A DNA stretch of 64,000 nucleotides from Cyanophora paradoxa CCMP329 (Eukaryota > Plantae > Glaucophyta): the NCBI GenBank assembly GCA_004431415.1, contig QPMI01000150.1, positions 155,668 through 219,667 of the forward strand, read 5' to 3'. A program made the translations under genes and the position numbers. The notes under the pieces are model-generated. The model searched no databases. It had not been told where the DNA came from and was given only the letters and a program-made list of their open reading frames with translations. Positions 24,701-37,530 of the stretch are shown piece by piece (position 1 is the first letter of the stretch; the number at the start of each line of letters is the position of its first letter).

Positions 24701-27645
24701 CTTCCCCCCTCAATTCCTTACTTGTCCTTCGGGCAGGAGCCGGATCTCTCGTCCCCGCCCCCCTCCGGGGGCCAGCGCACCCCGGTCCCCGTCACCGCCC
24801 TCGACGCCACTCCCGAGCACGCCCGGCTACCCCCCCCCTTTTTTCGAATCACCTGAGCGCCCTTGGCAGGTGGGTGGTGGCAGGGGACGCGCTGGGCGCC
24901 CTGCGGCGGCTGCACGTCCCCTCGGGCCGCGCCGCCCGCCTCGGCGCCGACCCCGCCTCCTCCTCCGGCCCCGACGAGCCCGGCGGTACAGCCCCCCTCC
25001 TCCCTCACCCCTTCCTGCTCCTCCCCTCCCGTATAATCGCCCCGGGCAGCGGCCGTGCGCCGCGTGGCGATCGCCCCGCCCTGCCCCGGCGTTCGGTGCC
25101 CCATCCCTCTCCTCCCCCCTCCAAACATGTCGCTGATCGCGTACCCCCCAGGGCGTCGGCCCTCGTGCTCCTGGCCTCGGGGGAGGCCTCCCTCTACGAC
25201 CTCGAGTCCGGCCAGCAGGCGCCCCCGTACCCCCGCCCCGCCCCGCCCCGCTCCGGCCCGGCCGCCGAGCGCGGGCCGGGTCTCAGGTGGCGGTGGCGAA
25301 GACGCGGGCGGCGGACGCGTGCTGGGCCGCCCCGGGCCGCCCCTTCCTCGCCGGTGCGCGCCCCCCGCAAAGAATCACCCTCCGCTCCTTCTTCGGAGCT
25401 CGAACCTCCCGCGGCGGCAGGGGCGGAGGGGGCGCTGCGGCTCTACGACGGGAGCCTCTCCTCCCTCTGCGCCCCCGCCGCCTCCCGGCCCCTCCCCTAC
25501 CCCGTGCGACGCATCGTAGGCCCGCGCCCCGCGCTCCCTCTCACCTCCGAGCTCTCCAGCCGCGCGGGCCGCACCTCCTGCCGGCGGGGGCGGCGCTGTG
25601 CGTGCGGGCGGCCCTGCAGCACGGCGCCCACCCCTCCGTCGTCTTCCCCGACGCCGGTCCGTCTCCCCCTCTCTTTTCTGTTTCCTTCCTCTCTTTCTTT
25701 TGAGGGCGGCCGGTTGCAGGCACGCCACCGGCGGGGGGCTACCCCGCGGGGGCGTGGGTCATCGACGCGCTTGCGGCGGAGCACTACAGGGTACCCCCAC
25801 CCCTTCGCCCCCCGTTCTTCCCCCATTTAATCCCCTTCCCCCGCAGTCCCTCCCCCCGGAGCTATTCAAAGCCCTGGGGCGCTGCGAGGTGCCGCCCCGC
25901 CTGCGGAGGGTGGGCGTGCGGCCGGCGACGAAGCGCAGGGGACGCCGGGGCGGTGCGCGCTGGCGGCGGGCTACTTTGGGGACCCCGACGAGGCACGCTT
26001 CTGGGCCCTCGCCGCCCACAACCTCCGCCGCGCCGCCGCCCGCCCCCCCTCCCCGCCGCCCCTCGCCGCCCCCAGGCCCGCCCCCGCGACCCCTCCCCGG
26101 CCCCGCCCCGCTCGCCCCGCGCCGCCCTCCCCCGCCCGCCCGCCCACCCAAATCGGCTTCCAGCCCTCCTACGAAGAGTGCGCTACCCCTCCCCGAATCA
26201 ATACTTCCCGTCTGGATCCGAACCCGTACCCCCGTCCAGGACGGGTACGCGCCTCCTGCGCGCCCCCGACGCCCTCCCTTCCTTCCTCGACCTCTACCGC
26301 GACGGCCCCGCCGTTCTGGTACCCCTTCTCCCGAACCGGATTTCCCGTACCCCCCTCCGATCCTGCGGTACCCTCGCAGGCCTCCGGGAGGAGGCGGGTG
26401 GACTGGTACAGGGGCCGCACCCTGGGGCCCGACGAGCGCACGAAGCTCACGCACCACGCGATCACGGTACCCCCGGGAGCCCCGCGCGCTCCCCCCGCGA
26501 GCCGCTCACGCGGCCCTCGCCCGCCTCAGATGGGGAGGCTGGCCGAGGGCGTAGAACTGCTCCAGCAGACACCGGCGCGCCCCCTTCTTTCACTTTCTCG
26601 CCGTACCCCGCCCGAACCCCGCGCACCAGGCCGACGACCCCTCCTACTTCGCCGCCGCCCTCAAGGTGCCCCCGTCTTCCTTTCCCTTCGGTACCCCCCT
26701 CGATCCCTTCCCCCCCGCAGGCCTGCGTCGTGGCGGCGAGCGTCTCGCGGGAGGCTTTCGAGGACGCCGTCAAGACCGCCGTACCCCTTTCCGCATTTCG
26801 CTTTCCCGTACCCTCTTGACCAGAGGTTCGCAGGCGGTCTCGATGATGGCGCGGGGCACGCCCCGCGCGGTGGACGAGGGGGTACAGCTCCTCTGCTCCG
26901 TCGGACGCGCCCAGGACGCCTGCCGCTACCTCGCGGTGCCGCCCTTCCGTCCCTCCCGAACCCGACCCCGCCGGCCCTGCCCGGAGTCGAGCCCGGGGCG
27001 CGCAGCAAGCGAACCGCTGGGGCGAGGCGCTCGCGATCGCGCGGGCGAGCCTACCCCCGCACGAGGCCGCGTCCTTCGTCTCCACGTGCGGGCGTACCCC
27101 CTCTCCCCCTAACGTACCCCCCTCACCTTCGGGTTCGGGCGCAGGTACGCGGAGCTTCTGCTTCGGTTCCAGAGGCGGTACCCTCCACCGTCGCGTGCCC
27201 GGACCTTGTACCCCTGGATAAAACTGTACCCCCGCCCGGCAGGGCGCGGGCGACGGAGGCGCTGCTCTCCATCGGCTCCTTCTCGCGCGTCCTCGAGGTC
27301 CTCGTCGACGGTGCCGTAGCCCCCATGGGCCCTCCCCCCCTCCCGGCGCCGATCCCGTACCCCCTGCAGCGAACCTCGTGGAGCGGGCGGCGCTGTTCGC
27401 GGCCGCCTGCGCCGAGTGCGGCGTGCTACTCGAACCCGAGCGCAACGGTACCCCGCTCTGCTTCGTGCGCCGTACCCCCGCCCTCGCCTACCCTCGCCGG
27501 CGCTTACGGCCGCGGGCAGCTGGCGGCGGGGGACTACGGGGCGCTGCTGGCGCGCTGCGGCGTGCGGACAGGCGCCGAGCGCTACACGAGGGCCCCGGGC
27601 CCTCCGCCCCTCGCCCGCCCCGCCCCGCCCCTCACTGTCGTCTGA
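21736..27645 (+). CDS. WDR11: WD repeat-containing protein 11 homolog (multi-exon)
   Basis: N-terminus RALPTALRPENHGACDFG..LFAYGCGAAVVVVEPRSGQ|VLQTLDEHGAAVTAVRW..RLAAGDAAGAVVVWD; middle RDK|PLELWDL; C-terminus AALK|ACVVAAS...EGVQLLCSVGRAQDACRYL. All three match WDR11 signatures. The 3' end is approximate. Confidence 0.85.
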
Positions 27646-27743
27646 GAGTTCCCGGATTGCACGAGTTTGGGCATGGAGCAGATCCGACATGTATGCGTAT
27701 ATGTACAGTTTCGGCAAATGAGTTCCCTTCAGAGAGACTTGAA

Positions 27744-30700
27744 TCAGTCCTCGGCGCTCCCGAGGAGCTCGCGGGCACGGCGGAGGCGGCGTCGGGCCTT
27801 CTCGGCGAGGGCCGCGCCCGCGGGCCCAGCGGCTCCCGCCTCGCCCAGCGCCGCCTCTGCGTCCCGCGCAGCGTCCTCCACCCGCGCTCGCCCTGCCCGG
27901 CTTGAGGACCAGGGACTGTGCGGGCGGGGCGGGGCGGGGCGGGGCGGGCACCGCCGAGGAGGAGGTTGCACTCGGCGCGGTTGCCGAGGGCCGCGGCGCG
28001 CGTGAGGCGCGCCCCCGCGGGGCAGAACCCGAGCGCCGCGCCGTACACGACGGCCGCAACCTGCAGATGGGCGTCCGTGTCGGGAACTGCTCAATCGCGA
28101 CATTGGTTTCGTTTCTATTCGCAGGCGCCTCTAGATCTGTTTTTCGCGTTCCTTGCGAAACTCGCCATCGCTCTATTTTGTTTCTATTCGCAGATGTCTC
28201 TTAGCTATAGGGATTTATTTTTCGCGTTGTGTGCTAAGCGTTCTCATCTCTGCGAAAATCGCACGTACCGCGTACTGCCTCTTTCCGAATTTATGATTAC
28301 CAACGTCCTGCGTATAAAAGGAGCAGAAACGGTGAAGAGAACTCGGATTCGAGGTCAAGGCGGCGCGCCTTTAGGGTCTCGGCCTGGCGGGTGGCGAGGG
28401 CGGCCAGCCCCGCATCCAGCGGGGGGCACGCGGCGGGGAAGTGCGCCCGCAGGCGCGCGTGCGCCGTGAAGAGCGCTGCGGGGCGCGGGGCGCGCGCGTA
28501 AGCGGCGCTCTCGCGACCTCCCGCGAATTCGAGGTTGCAATTGCGCACAGTGTAGGAGGGGGCTCGTGAATGCGAACGGGGTGTCCACGTCTTCGTTGTC
28601 GAATTGCTGTGCGGACTATAAGTTTGAATTGCGCTGTAGGAGAAGGAGTGGATTCGAGCACCATGAAGTTATAGTGGATCCGGAGGACGCCGTTGGGGTC
28701 ACGGAGCGCGAAAATCTCGAAGGCAGGATCGGCGATGGTGCCCGCAGCGACCGGAAAGAGCTGCGCATACAGCGAGCTTGAGATCTACGGCTAGAGCTCG
28801 CGAACAAAATCCAACGGGGCTGCGCGCACCCGCAGGAGGAGCGGGATGTGGGGCAGGACGGCGCGCGCGTGCTCCCGAAAGGCGCAGAGGTCGGCCAGGC
28901 AGGCGGCCAGCTCGAGAGCGCGCTGCGGATTAGAATTCCGCTCATTTCAAACGTCGAACGCTGGCGAGCATCGGCGATTGAGCATCGACTGGACTTACCT
29001 CGGCGATCGTCCCCACAGCGGCTCTCAAGGTCTCTAGCTTCGGGCCGTCGCCCTCGTTCAGGCAGCAGCTGCGACGGGGCTCAAAATCACGCAATCGCGA
29101 AACCCGCGCGTACGGTACGCGCTCGGGGGCCCACGCGCACGCGACAGCGTCCGCCGCGCTCGCGTAGCGCTGGGCCATGTCGTCCGCGAAGTCGAAGACC
29201 GTCCTGCGCGCGCGCATCGATGTAGCCGGACGTTTCGCGATCACGATCGCGATTGCGAGTTCGACATCAATCAAAAAATCGCGATCGGTATCGGCGCACA
29301 CGCACCGCTCGAGCGCCTTGGCGAGGGTTGCGACGGGCTCGCCGGGGACCGCCAGGAACGCCGCCTGCGCCCCGCGGGCCGCCGCCAGCTCCGCGTCGAG
29401 CCCCTCGTGCCCGGGGGGGGGCATGCGCCGCTCGGGGGACGAGCTCGAGGCGCCGGGGCCAGGGGGCGGGGCGGTCGGCGGGGCGGTCTCGCCGACCACG
29501 ACGGGGGCGGAGAGGAGCGTCCGGAGAGCGGCGGAAGCGAAGTTGGGGGCGGAGTCCTCGGGATAGAGCCGCGGCACGGGCCGGTCAGCCGAGGCGAGGT
29601 GCAGGAGAGCGGGGATGAGGCCGGGATGCCGGGCCAGCCGCAGGCGGAGCTCGCCGTGCGGCGCGGCCACCATGCAGAGCTGCGATCGGCACCACGTCAG
29701 AGGGACAGTTCGACCCTATTAACGACCCTGTGGCGTGCACGCACGAGTCTCATGAATTGACTGGCGGAATCAATCATCATGGCCGTGAAGCTGCGTGAAG
29801 CGCTCAGTGCCGGCTGCGGGCCGCGAACTTTAAAAATTTGGAAGTTTCTGTGCATCAACTCACCGCGGAGCGTATGCAGACATGCTTTTGAGAGTCGCGG
29901 TTTCCATGAAACTTATAGGAAACATCTTGCGCTGCTCTGGGACTGCGTGCAAATTTATATTAGATAATTAAATAACCCAATCGCCAACTGGCTGGTCAGC
30001 TCCCACCTTGTCTGATCTCCTTGACAAAGCGGTCGGGCGAGATGTGGATTTGCTCGATGACGGCGTCGAGGAGCCCCGTGGAGAAAAGGCGCTCCGAGAG
30101 GGCGAGCTCCGTCCAGCGCATCAGAGCGACGTTGGCGCTGGTCGCATCGAAGCAGAGCTGCGCGTGCGTCGATCGCGAGAGAGAATCACTCCATATGCAT
30201 CCGAATGGGTCGAGAAATTCGATCGTGCTGCAAGTTGCGATCGCTCGCACCGCAACAAGGCCGTGCTTGAGGGAGCGGGCGAGGCTCTCCACGAGTTTCG
30301 TGCTCTCGAAAAGCTGATGAATGCCATTCATGAACATAAACAAATGCGCAGAATTCGAATACGTAAAAACCCGAAACCCCGCACGAAATTGAGGGTCGAA
30401 TTCGTGTGCGAGCGCGAGTGGCGCCGCTCGAGCTCAACCATGAAGCGCATGAGAAATTTGCATGCCTTGGCAGCCACCATTGGGCGCTCGTACTTCCCGG
30501 CGAGCTGTCCGCGAGTTTTTGCGGCGTCAATATCAATGCATATCTCGACGAGTGTAAATCGATGCACGCTAGTCTTTGACAAATATTTAATTGCAATTTA
30601 AACGCATGCGCACTTGCGCACCTCAGCCAGCAACGTGAGGGCCATCTTCTGCTCGGGCGTTCCGTCCAAGCTCGCGTCTCCAGCAAACGTGCTCGCCCAA

Positions 30701-31001
30701 TTCTAAGCGCACGGAATATTTCCGCGAAATTCAGGCCATGGATGGCTCGCGATCGAAATTTAGACCGAGCGACTTCGCGCATTCTCACCAGCTTCGTGGA
30801 AAGGCCGCAGAAATTGAGTTTCTTGACCTTCTCGAACGCGATCGCTGCTCGCTCCGTGGGCGCGCACTTGACGTAGCAGCATGGGCAATGCGATGGAAGC
30901 GAGGCGGTCATGTCGCCAGTGAAGCCCTTCCAGTCGACATCGCCTTCGCTGTCGCTGTCCCAGTTGAGATCTGCGCGCTTGGCGCGGCCAGAGCGCGGCA
31001 T
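27744..31001 (-). CDS. Multi-exon helical-repeat protein with C-terminal TPR-like motif
   Basis: Exons run from MPRSGRAKRADLNWDSDSEG..HCPCCYVKC through GLIPALLHLASA to AAALGNRAECNLLLG..AARDAEAAL..AEKARRRLRRARELL*, a TPR-like NRA.C.L.LG pattern. It may be two genes. Confidence 0.45.
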
Positions 31002-31246
31002 GGCTGCGCTGGGCAAAGATCGATCGAGAGAACTCTTGAAAGAGGACGCGCACGAATTTAGAAACTATACTCCGAATGAGCTCGAGGGGAGAGAGCTCGA
31101 ATTTGAAATTTAGAGAGCTCGAGGAGATGCGCGCAATGAGCCTCTTTCGAATTCAGTTCGAAATTTATAATGTCGCGAGTCCCCCTTCAAGGCCTGACAC
31201 TTCAAGGCTTGCAATTGACACAATTAACATTGACACTTGCATTGCG

Positions 31247-34200
31247 CTACGCGTTCGCTGCGGGGCGGACTCCCGGGAGGCATGCGCAGAAGCGCCCCAT
31301 GACTTCGGCCTTCTCTCCCGCCCGCGCCATGCACAGCACGTCATGCACCTGCATGATCGCGAATCGTTCAGTCAATTAAGATTTTAAACTGTACGCTTAA
31401 ACCAGCTGCAGCGTACCGCCCACGGGAAGGAGAGAATGACGCGAGGCGGTTTGGCTCGCTGGCCCCTCTGCCGCATCTGGCCGTCCGCCACCGCACCCCC
31501 GCTAGCGACCTTCGCTTGTTCCAGGAGCCGATCATACGCCACAACGTACCTGCGCGTTTCCGCGCGCAAGTTGCTTCACGCGCAACTTGAATATAATTAT
31601 ATAAATTTAAACTCGAGGCACCAGGCGAAGGCGAGGCGGCGGGCGGCGTCCCCCGCGAATCCCTCGCGCTGCGGTCCATGCGCATGCAGCGGCACCGCCG
31701 CCGCCACCTGCGCGTTAAATTCTCGTTGAAAGGTGTGGAAGGCTGCGGCCTGCAGAGCCCAAAAGGACCTGCTCGAAGAAGGAGGAGCGGGTGCGGTCCA
31801 CGATCGCGAGAGCCCGAATCTGCCAATGCGATGTGCATCGCGGGCGTGTTTAAATATTTAAAACCTTTAAAGAGCCCGCACCTCGCCGCGGATGCGGAGC
31901 TGCAGATCGCCGTCCGACTGAGATACGGAGGCCCTTCATTACAATTCGATTTCGCGATGTAGGTCAAACATGCATATGGCGCTCACGTGTTTGCGCTTGA
32001 AGTATTTCGTGAACTTCAGCACGATGCCCGTCCAGGCCTCCACCTCGCTCCGGATGCCGTACTGCGTCTCTTGAGAATGTATTAAAAACTCGGAAACAGA
32101 GAAATTCCGAGGACCTGGTTCATGATGCGGGTCAGCTCGTCCGTGTAGGCCGCGAGGCTGTGCTGCGCCGCCCGCCGCTGCTCGTCGCTCACCAGGCTGG
32201 GCCAGTACAGGGCCGGGTCCGGTTTCCAGCCCTTCCAGAGCTGCTCGCTGCGCATTGCGAAACTCGCGTCTGCGTTGCTTGCAAGGTTTATGAAAATAGC
32301 GCACCGGTATGCCCCGCCCTTGTCATCGGGAGCAGGGGGCACGATCTTGTCGATCGAACGAAAGATCCTGCCCAGAACCGTCGGCGATTCATAGGAGGGC
32401 TTCGCCTTCTGCAGCATGTAGTCGGGGAATCTGTTTCGTTCGGGTCTGCGAGTCGGTCTGCAGTCAGGTCGGTGCAACCCGCGGAGCTGATTTTGCGGAC
32501 CGGAGAGCTTTCATTTCTTCCCGCTTGACTGGGACACCGGTCTTGCAAAAGTCGACGGCGACAGAGTGCAGCCTGGCAAGTTCGATGCACCGCTGATCGC
32601 GTGCTTTGCTTGCGCTGCGTGCCTATGTCAAAGCGATGCAAAGGACGTGCATGTTGTTGCCATTTTTATATACCTCGTGTCCGCGATTGCGAGATGCGCG
32701 TTGGCGATAGCTCTGTGAGTGCAAGGTTTGAGAACGCCAAGCAAAAGCGAATTTACACTTTTTCCGAGGGCGAGTACTGATCCTTACCCCAGCATATCGC
32801 TCTGCATGTATTCGACGAAGAACTCCACGATCTCCTCTCGAGAAACGTGAGCCCCAGTCGTTTCTGACGTAACGATAAAACGGACTGTATTCGGAATCGA
32901 AGGCGGCGATGAGGACCTTTGGGTGTTGGTGGGGTATAATCCATCGCCTGTTCATTTCTTTGCGGAATCAGGCGAGAATCGTAGCTCACGAAATAGAGAT
33001 CTCCGTCCAAATCCGAGCCTGAGAGGACCGGAGTGATTTGAGCCAAGATCCGAACTTCAAGAGCTTCGCGCTCGAGATGGAGTCAGCACCCGAGCACATG
33101 TTCGGAAGCGGGCGGTACCCCCTCTGCGAAAAAGCGATGACGTCCACGAGATGGCTGTGCATGCGATGGCATCAGCGAGCTCGATCGCGAGCCACTAAGA
33201 TCAAATATTTTGCGAGTTCGAAGGCCCTTCTACGGACTTGAGGCTCGAGCGGGGTCCCACAGCCTGGACGACCCTTACGTCCCCCGGGTGCAGGCAAGGG
33301 TTCTTGGCGACCTGGATTTATATTCGCAGGGTCACGAGAAGCGGGAAGGGATCCGAAATTAGTATTATAATTATGAGGGGCGATAGCAGGATCACCACGA
33401 CAGGGCCGCGCAGAACGACGGGTCGCTGTGATTGGGGATCGCGGTACTGAACGAAGACTTCGCCCTCCTCCAAGGTGTCCGTTTCGTCGAGGACGCCCAT
33501 CAGCAAGGCTCCATGAGGCACGAGAATGCGGGCCTTCGTCTTCAGCTCTTTGAGCTGCGCGAGATTGCAGGTTACTGCGAGCCAATTGCAATAAATGGAT
33601 AAGAAAGCTCCAGCAAGCCTGCTTTAAGCGGTAAACATCCAGGGCCGCGAGAAGCAGCGGATCGGGATGCTTTTTCAGAAGCCCGGCGTGAACCATAGCC
33701 GAGAGGCGTCTGCGCCTGCGTAAAACTGCGCCTGGAAAGCTTGTTGCGTTTGCTTCAATTGTTACCGGTTGATCCCGAAGCCGTCCGATTGCGCCCGTTC
33801 CGAGCGCGATAACTCGAAGAGAAAATTTATACGAGGAAAGGCCCAGTGAGACGCCTGAAACGTTGAGGAAAGGACCCGAGGTGGTGCCTTACGTCCCCGG
33901 GTGCAGGCAAGGGTTCTTGGCGACCTGGATTTATATTCGCAGGGTCACGAGAAGCGGGAAGGGATCCGAAATTAGTATTATAATTATGAGGGGCGATAGC
34001 AGGATCACCACGACAGGGCCGCGCAGAACGACGGGTCGCTGTGATTGGGGATCGCGGTACTGAACGAAGACTTCGCCCTCCTCCAAGGTGTCCGTTTCGT
34101 CGAGGACGCCCATCAGCAAGGCTCCATGAGGCACGAGAATGCGGGCCTTCGTCTTCAGCTCTTTGAGCTGCGCGAGATTGCAGGTTACTGCGAGCCAATT

Positions 34201-35390
34201 GCAATAAATGGATAAGAAAGCTCCAGCAAGCCTGCTTTAAGCGGTAAACATCCAGGGCCGCGAGAAGCAGCGGATCGGGATGCTTTTTCAGAAGCCCGGC
34301 GTGAACCATAGCCGAGAGGCGTCTGCGCCTGCGTAAAACTGCGCCTGGAAAGCTTGTTGCGTTTGCTTCAATTGTTACCGGTTGATCCCGAAGCCGTCCG
34401 ATTGCGCCCGTTCCGAGCGCGATAACTCGAAGAGAAAATTTATACGAGGAAAGGCCCAGTGAGACGCCTGAAACGTTGAGGAAAGGACCCGAGGTGGTGC
34501 CTTACGTCCCCCGGGTGCAGGCAAGGGTTCTTGGCGACCTGGATTTATATTCGCAGGGTCACGAGAAGCGGGAAGGGATCCGAAATTAGTATTATAATTA
34601 TGAGGGGCGATAGCAGGATCACCACGACAGGGCCGCGCAGAACGACGGGTCGCTGTGATTGGGGATCGCGGTACTGAACGAAGACTTCGCCCTCCTCCAA
34701 GGTGTCCGTTTCGTCGAGGACGCCCATCAGCAAGGCTCCATGAGGCACGAGAATGCGGGCCTTCGTCTTCAGCTCTTTGAGCTGCGCGAGATTGCAGGTT
34801 ACTGCGAGCCAATTGCAATAAATGGATAAGAAAGCTCCAGCAAGCCTGCTTTAAGCGGTAAACATCCAGGGCCGCGAGAAGCAGCGGATCGGGATGCTTT
34901 TTCAGAAGCCCGGCGTGAACCATAGCCGAGAGGCGTCTGCGCCTGCGTAAAACTGCGCCTGGAAAGCTTGTTGCGTTTGCTTCAATTGTTACCGGTTGAT
35001 CCCGAAGCCGTCCGAATTTCGCGCGAGAACATCCAGAGCCACGGGTTCGCTTTTCAAAATTTCTCCAAGCCTCCTCATCTGATGCCGGTGTGAAGGATAC
35101 GGCTTTGAAAGGAAAAAGCACTTGCCTGATCATCGCGTAGAGATAGAAACACGTCATCAGCCACACCGAGGGTGGAAAGCAGCATGATAAGCTGCGCTCA
35201 TATATATAATCAGGATTGAAATTCAAGGCTCGCTGCGGAATCAGGGTTGAAGTCAAAGCGCCTGGCGGCAAGTGTAGGCGGGGTGATAAGTCGCTCGAGA
35301 GACGACTTCGAAGACGTTGTGGTCCGAAGCGAATTTGCGCATGCTGGGACGGAGCTCCATACTGTGACTGCTTCCACTGGGAGCCAGGAA
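31247..35390 (-). pseudogene. RNAi-type RNA-dependent RNA polymerase (RDR family), 3' half only, internally triplicated
   Basis: Exons in canonical order: ELRPSMRKFASDHNVFEVV..AYTCRQ|LIMLLSTLGVADDVF; LKELKTKARILVPHGALLMGVLDETDTLEEGEVFVQY; KNPCLHPGDVR; catalytic SDLDGDLYFVSYD (~32985-33020); LARLHSVAVDFCKTG; FPDYM..YESPTVLGRIFR; YVVAY..LSFPWA. No upstream RDR motifs are found beyond ~35390. Confidence 0.85.
33273..35014. repeat. Near-perfect tandem triplication (~613-bp period) of RdRP exons
   Basis: CCTTACGTCCCC(C)GGGTGCAGG starts at 33273, 33887 and 34500. A ~515-bp core occurs three times and a ~98-bp linker twice. Identical translated ORFs recur in the track. Confidence 0.95.
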
Positions 35391-36179
35391 TTAAGTTTAC
35401 CACATGGTAAACTTGCAACTTCACTCACTTAGGGCTGACTTTACCACACCCCTCTTTACCACCCCTAGGAAAGCCGCGCGGGGGAGCACTGCTGCCGTGC
35501 TAAATGTGGTTAGAGAGGCATAAGTGCGCGAGATCCGTTGAGCGCCGATGGCCCGGTTGCTTCGGTGGTCCAGCGTGGAGGCGAGGACAACTCGTCAAGA
35601 GAGCGACGCACGCGGGCTGCCTTAACTGGTTCAAGTGGTCTAAAAGGTCGTTTAGAGACGAATTGCAGCTTATAAGGATAGGTTGTTGGGCGGCCCGACA
35701 TCGGCCAACTTTACAGCGGCCCGACCATTCTGCGCCACAGCTGGCTGGGGCGCGGCGCACGGCGCTTCCAATGCGGTAAGCATTGATTTCAGCTACGTTA
35801 CAAACGAACTACGAGCGCCAAGTTGTGGTCTCAAGACCGATGGCCGCGTACCGAACGCTCAGACCGAGCACCGCCGAGGTAGCCGGCGGTGTTAAAGCCT
35901 ATAGCTAGCTAGATCACGCGCTCTAGCTAGTTCTCCGACCGCAGGGCGACACCTATAAGAGCTGCGCACAATTGTACGCGACGAGACCGGTACCCCTCTC
36001 TGGCTTCTCCCATGGAGCAAAGTCACCGGAGTGAACTTTGGCTTTGCTAGAGGGCTTAAGATATATAAAGCTGCGCAGTGCTGTGAATGCATGCGCACCT
36101 CCGAGGCCCGAGAACTCAGAGCTCGTGCTCCGGATCCAGACTCGGCATTCGCTATTCCGAATTCGAATTCGAAGCTCTA

Positions 36180-37345
36180 GCTCTGCAGGTCCGCGACCCA
36201 GTCTCCATCTAAATGCTGCTGCGGATAGCTCTTTTCGAACGATGCTAACTGCAGGCCTATTTTCGAGACTGGCGCTATTGTTGAGCGTGTGAATGATACG
36301 AGGAGCTCGATCTCCAGAATGGACGTTCCAACCACCGATTTCACAGCGGGCTCTGCAGGTCCGCGGCCCAGTCTCCATCGAAATGCTTCTCTAGATAGTC
36401 TCTTTCGATCAACGCTTCCTGCTGGCCAGTTTTCGCAACCGGTGCTAAGCTCTTCATCCGAGGAGCTCGAGCTCCAAAATCGACGTCGACGTTCCGACCA
36501 CAAATTGCACAGCGGGCTCTGCAGGTCCGCGACCCAGTCTTTATTGAAATGCTTCTGCGGATAGTTCTTTTCGAACGATGCTAACTGCAGGCCTATTTTC
36601 GAGACTGGCGCTATTGTTCAGCGTGTGAATGATACGAGGTGCTTGATCTCCAGAATCGACGTTCCAACCACCGATTTCACAGCGGGCTCTGCAGATCCGC
36701 GGCCCAGTCTCCATCGAAATGCTTCTCTAGATAGTCTCTTTCGATCAACGCTTCCTGCTGGCAAGTTTTCGCAACCGGTGCTAAGCTCTTCATCCGAGGA
36801 GCTCGAGCTCCAAAATCGACGTCGACGTTCCGACCACAAATTGCACAGCGGGCTCTGCAGGTCCGCGACCCAGTCTTTATTGAAATGCTTCTGCGGATAG
36901 TTCTTTTCGAACGATGCTAACTGCAGGCCTATTTTCGAGACTGGCGCTATTGTTGAGCGTGTGAATGATACGAGGAGCTCGATCTCCAGAATTGACGTTC
37001 CAACCACCGATTTCACAGCGGGCTCTGCAGGTCCGCGGCCCAGTCTCCATCGAAATGCTTCTCTAGATAGTCTCTTTCGATCAACGCTTCCTGCTGGCCA
37101 GTTTTCGCAACCGGTGCTAAGCTCTTCATCCGAGGAGCTCGAGCTCCAAAATCGACGTCGACGTTCCGACCACAAATTGCACAGCGGGCTCTGCAGGTCC
37201 GCGACCCAGTCTTTATTGAAATGCTTCTGCGGATAGTTCTTTTCGAACGATGCTAACTGTAGGCCTATTTTCGAGACTGGCGCTATCGTTCAGCGTGTGA
37301 ATGATACGAGGTGCTTGATCTCCAGAATCGGGGTTCTGACCACGA
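36180..37345. repeat. Satellite array: 7 monomers alternating 170/166 bp (336-bp dimer, 672-bp tetramer)
   Basis: The anchor CACAGCGGGCTCTGCAG occurs at 36342, 36508, 36678, 36844, 37014 and 37180, and partially at 36180. Dimers are near-identical, and diagnostic variants alternate every 672 bp. Confidence 0.95.
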
Positions 37346-37530
37346 ATATTAATTGCACATGTACAGCGCTAGCAGGGTTTACCAGATGTGCGTATGTATG
37401 TATAGTTTCTTTAGAATAATGCTAACCGCGGGTCACGATTCAATCCAGATCAGCAGCTGGCCACGAACACCCAGCAGCTAATTCAGCTTCATTTTGATTC
37501 TTGGTGATCAACAAAACAATATTAATATTG

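Noticed and set aside
35429-35500. Possible further RdRP exon reading GGKEGCGKVSP with a GTGAGT donor
   Set aside because: It resembles DG.GKIS only superficially, would skip the conserved SAFQIR/KG segment, and is built from the TTTACCAC repeats. It is more likely element terminus, though not fully excluded.
36177-37236. Repeat-protein (e.g. LRR) gene in the satellite
   Set aside because: Monomers of 166 and 170 bp are out of frame with each other and the translations have no repeat-domain consensus.
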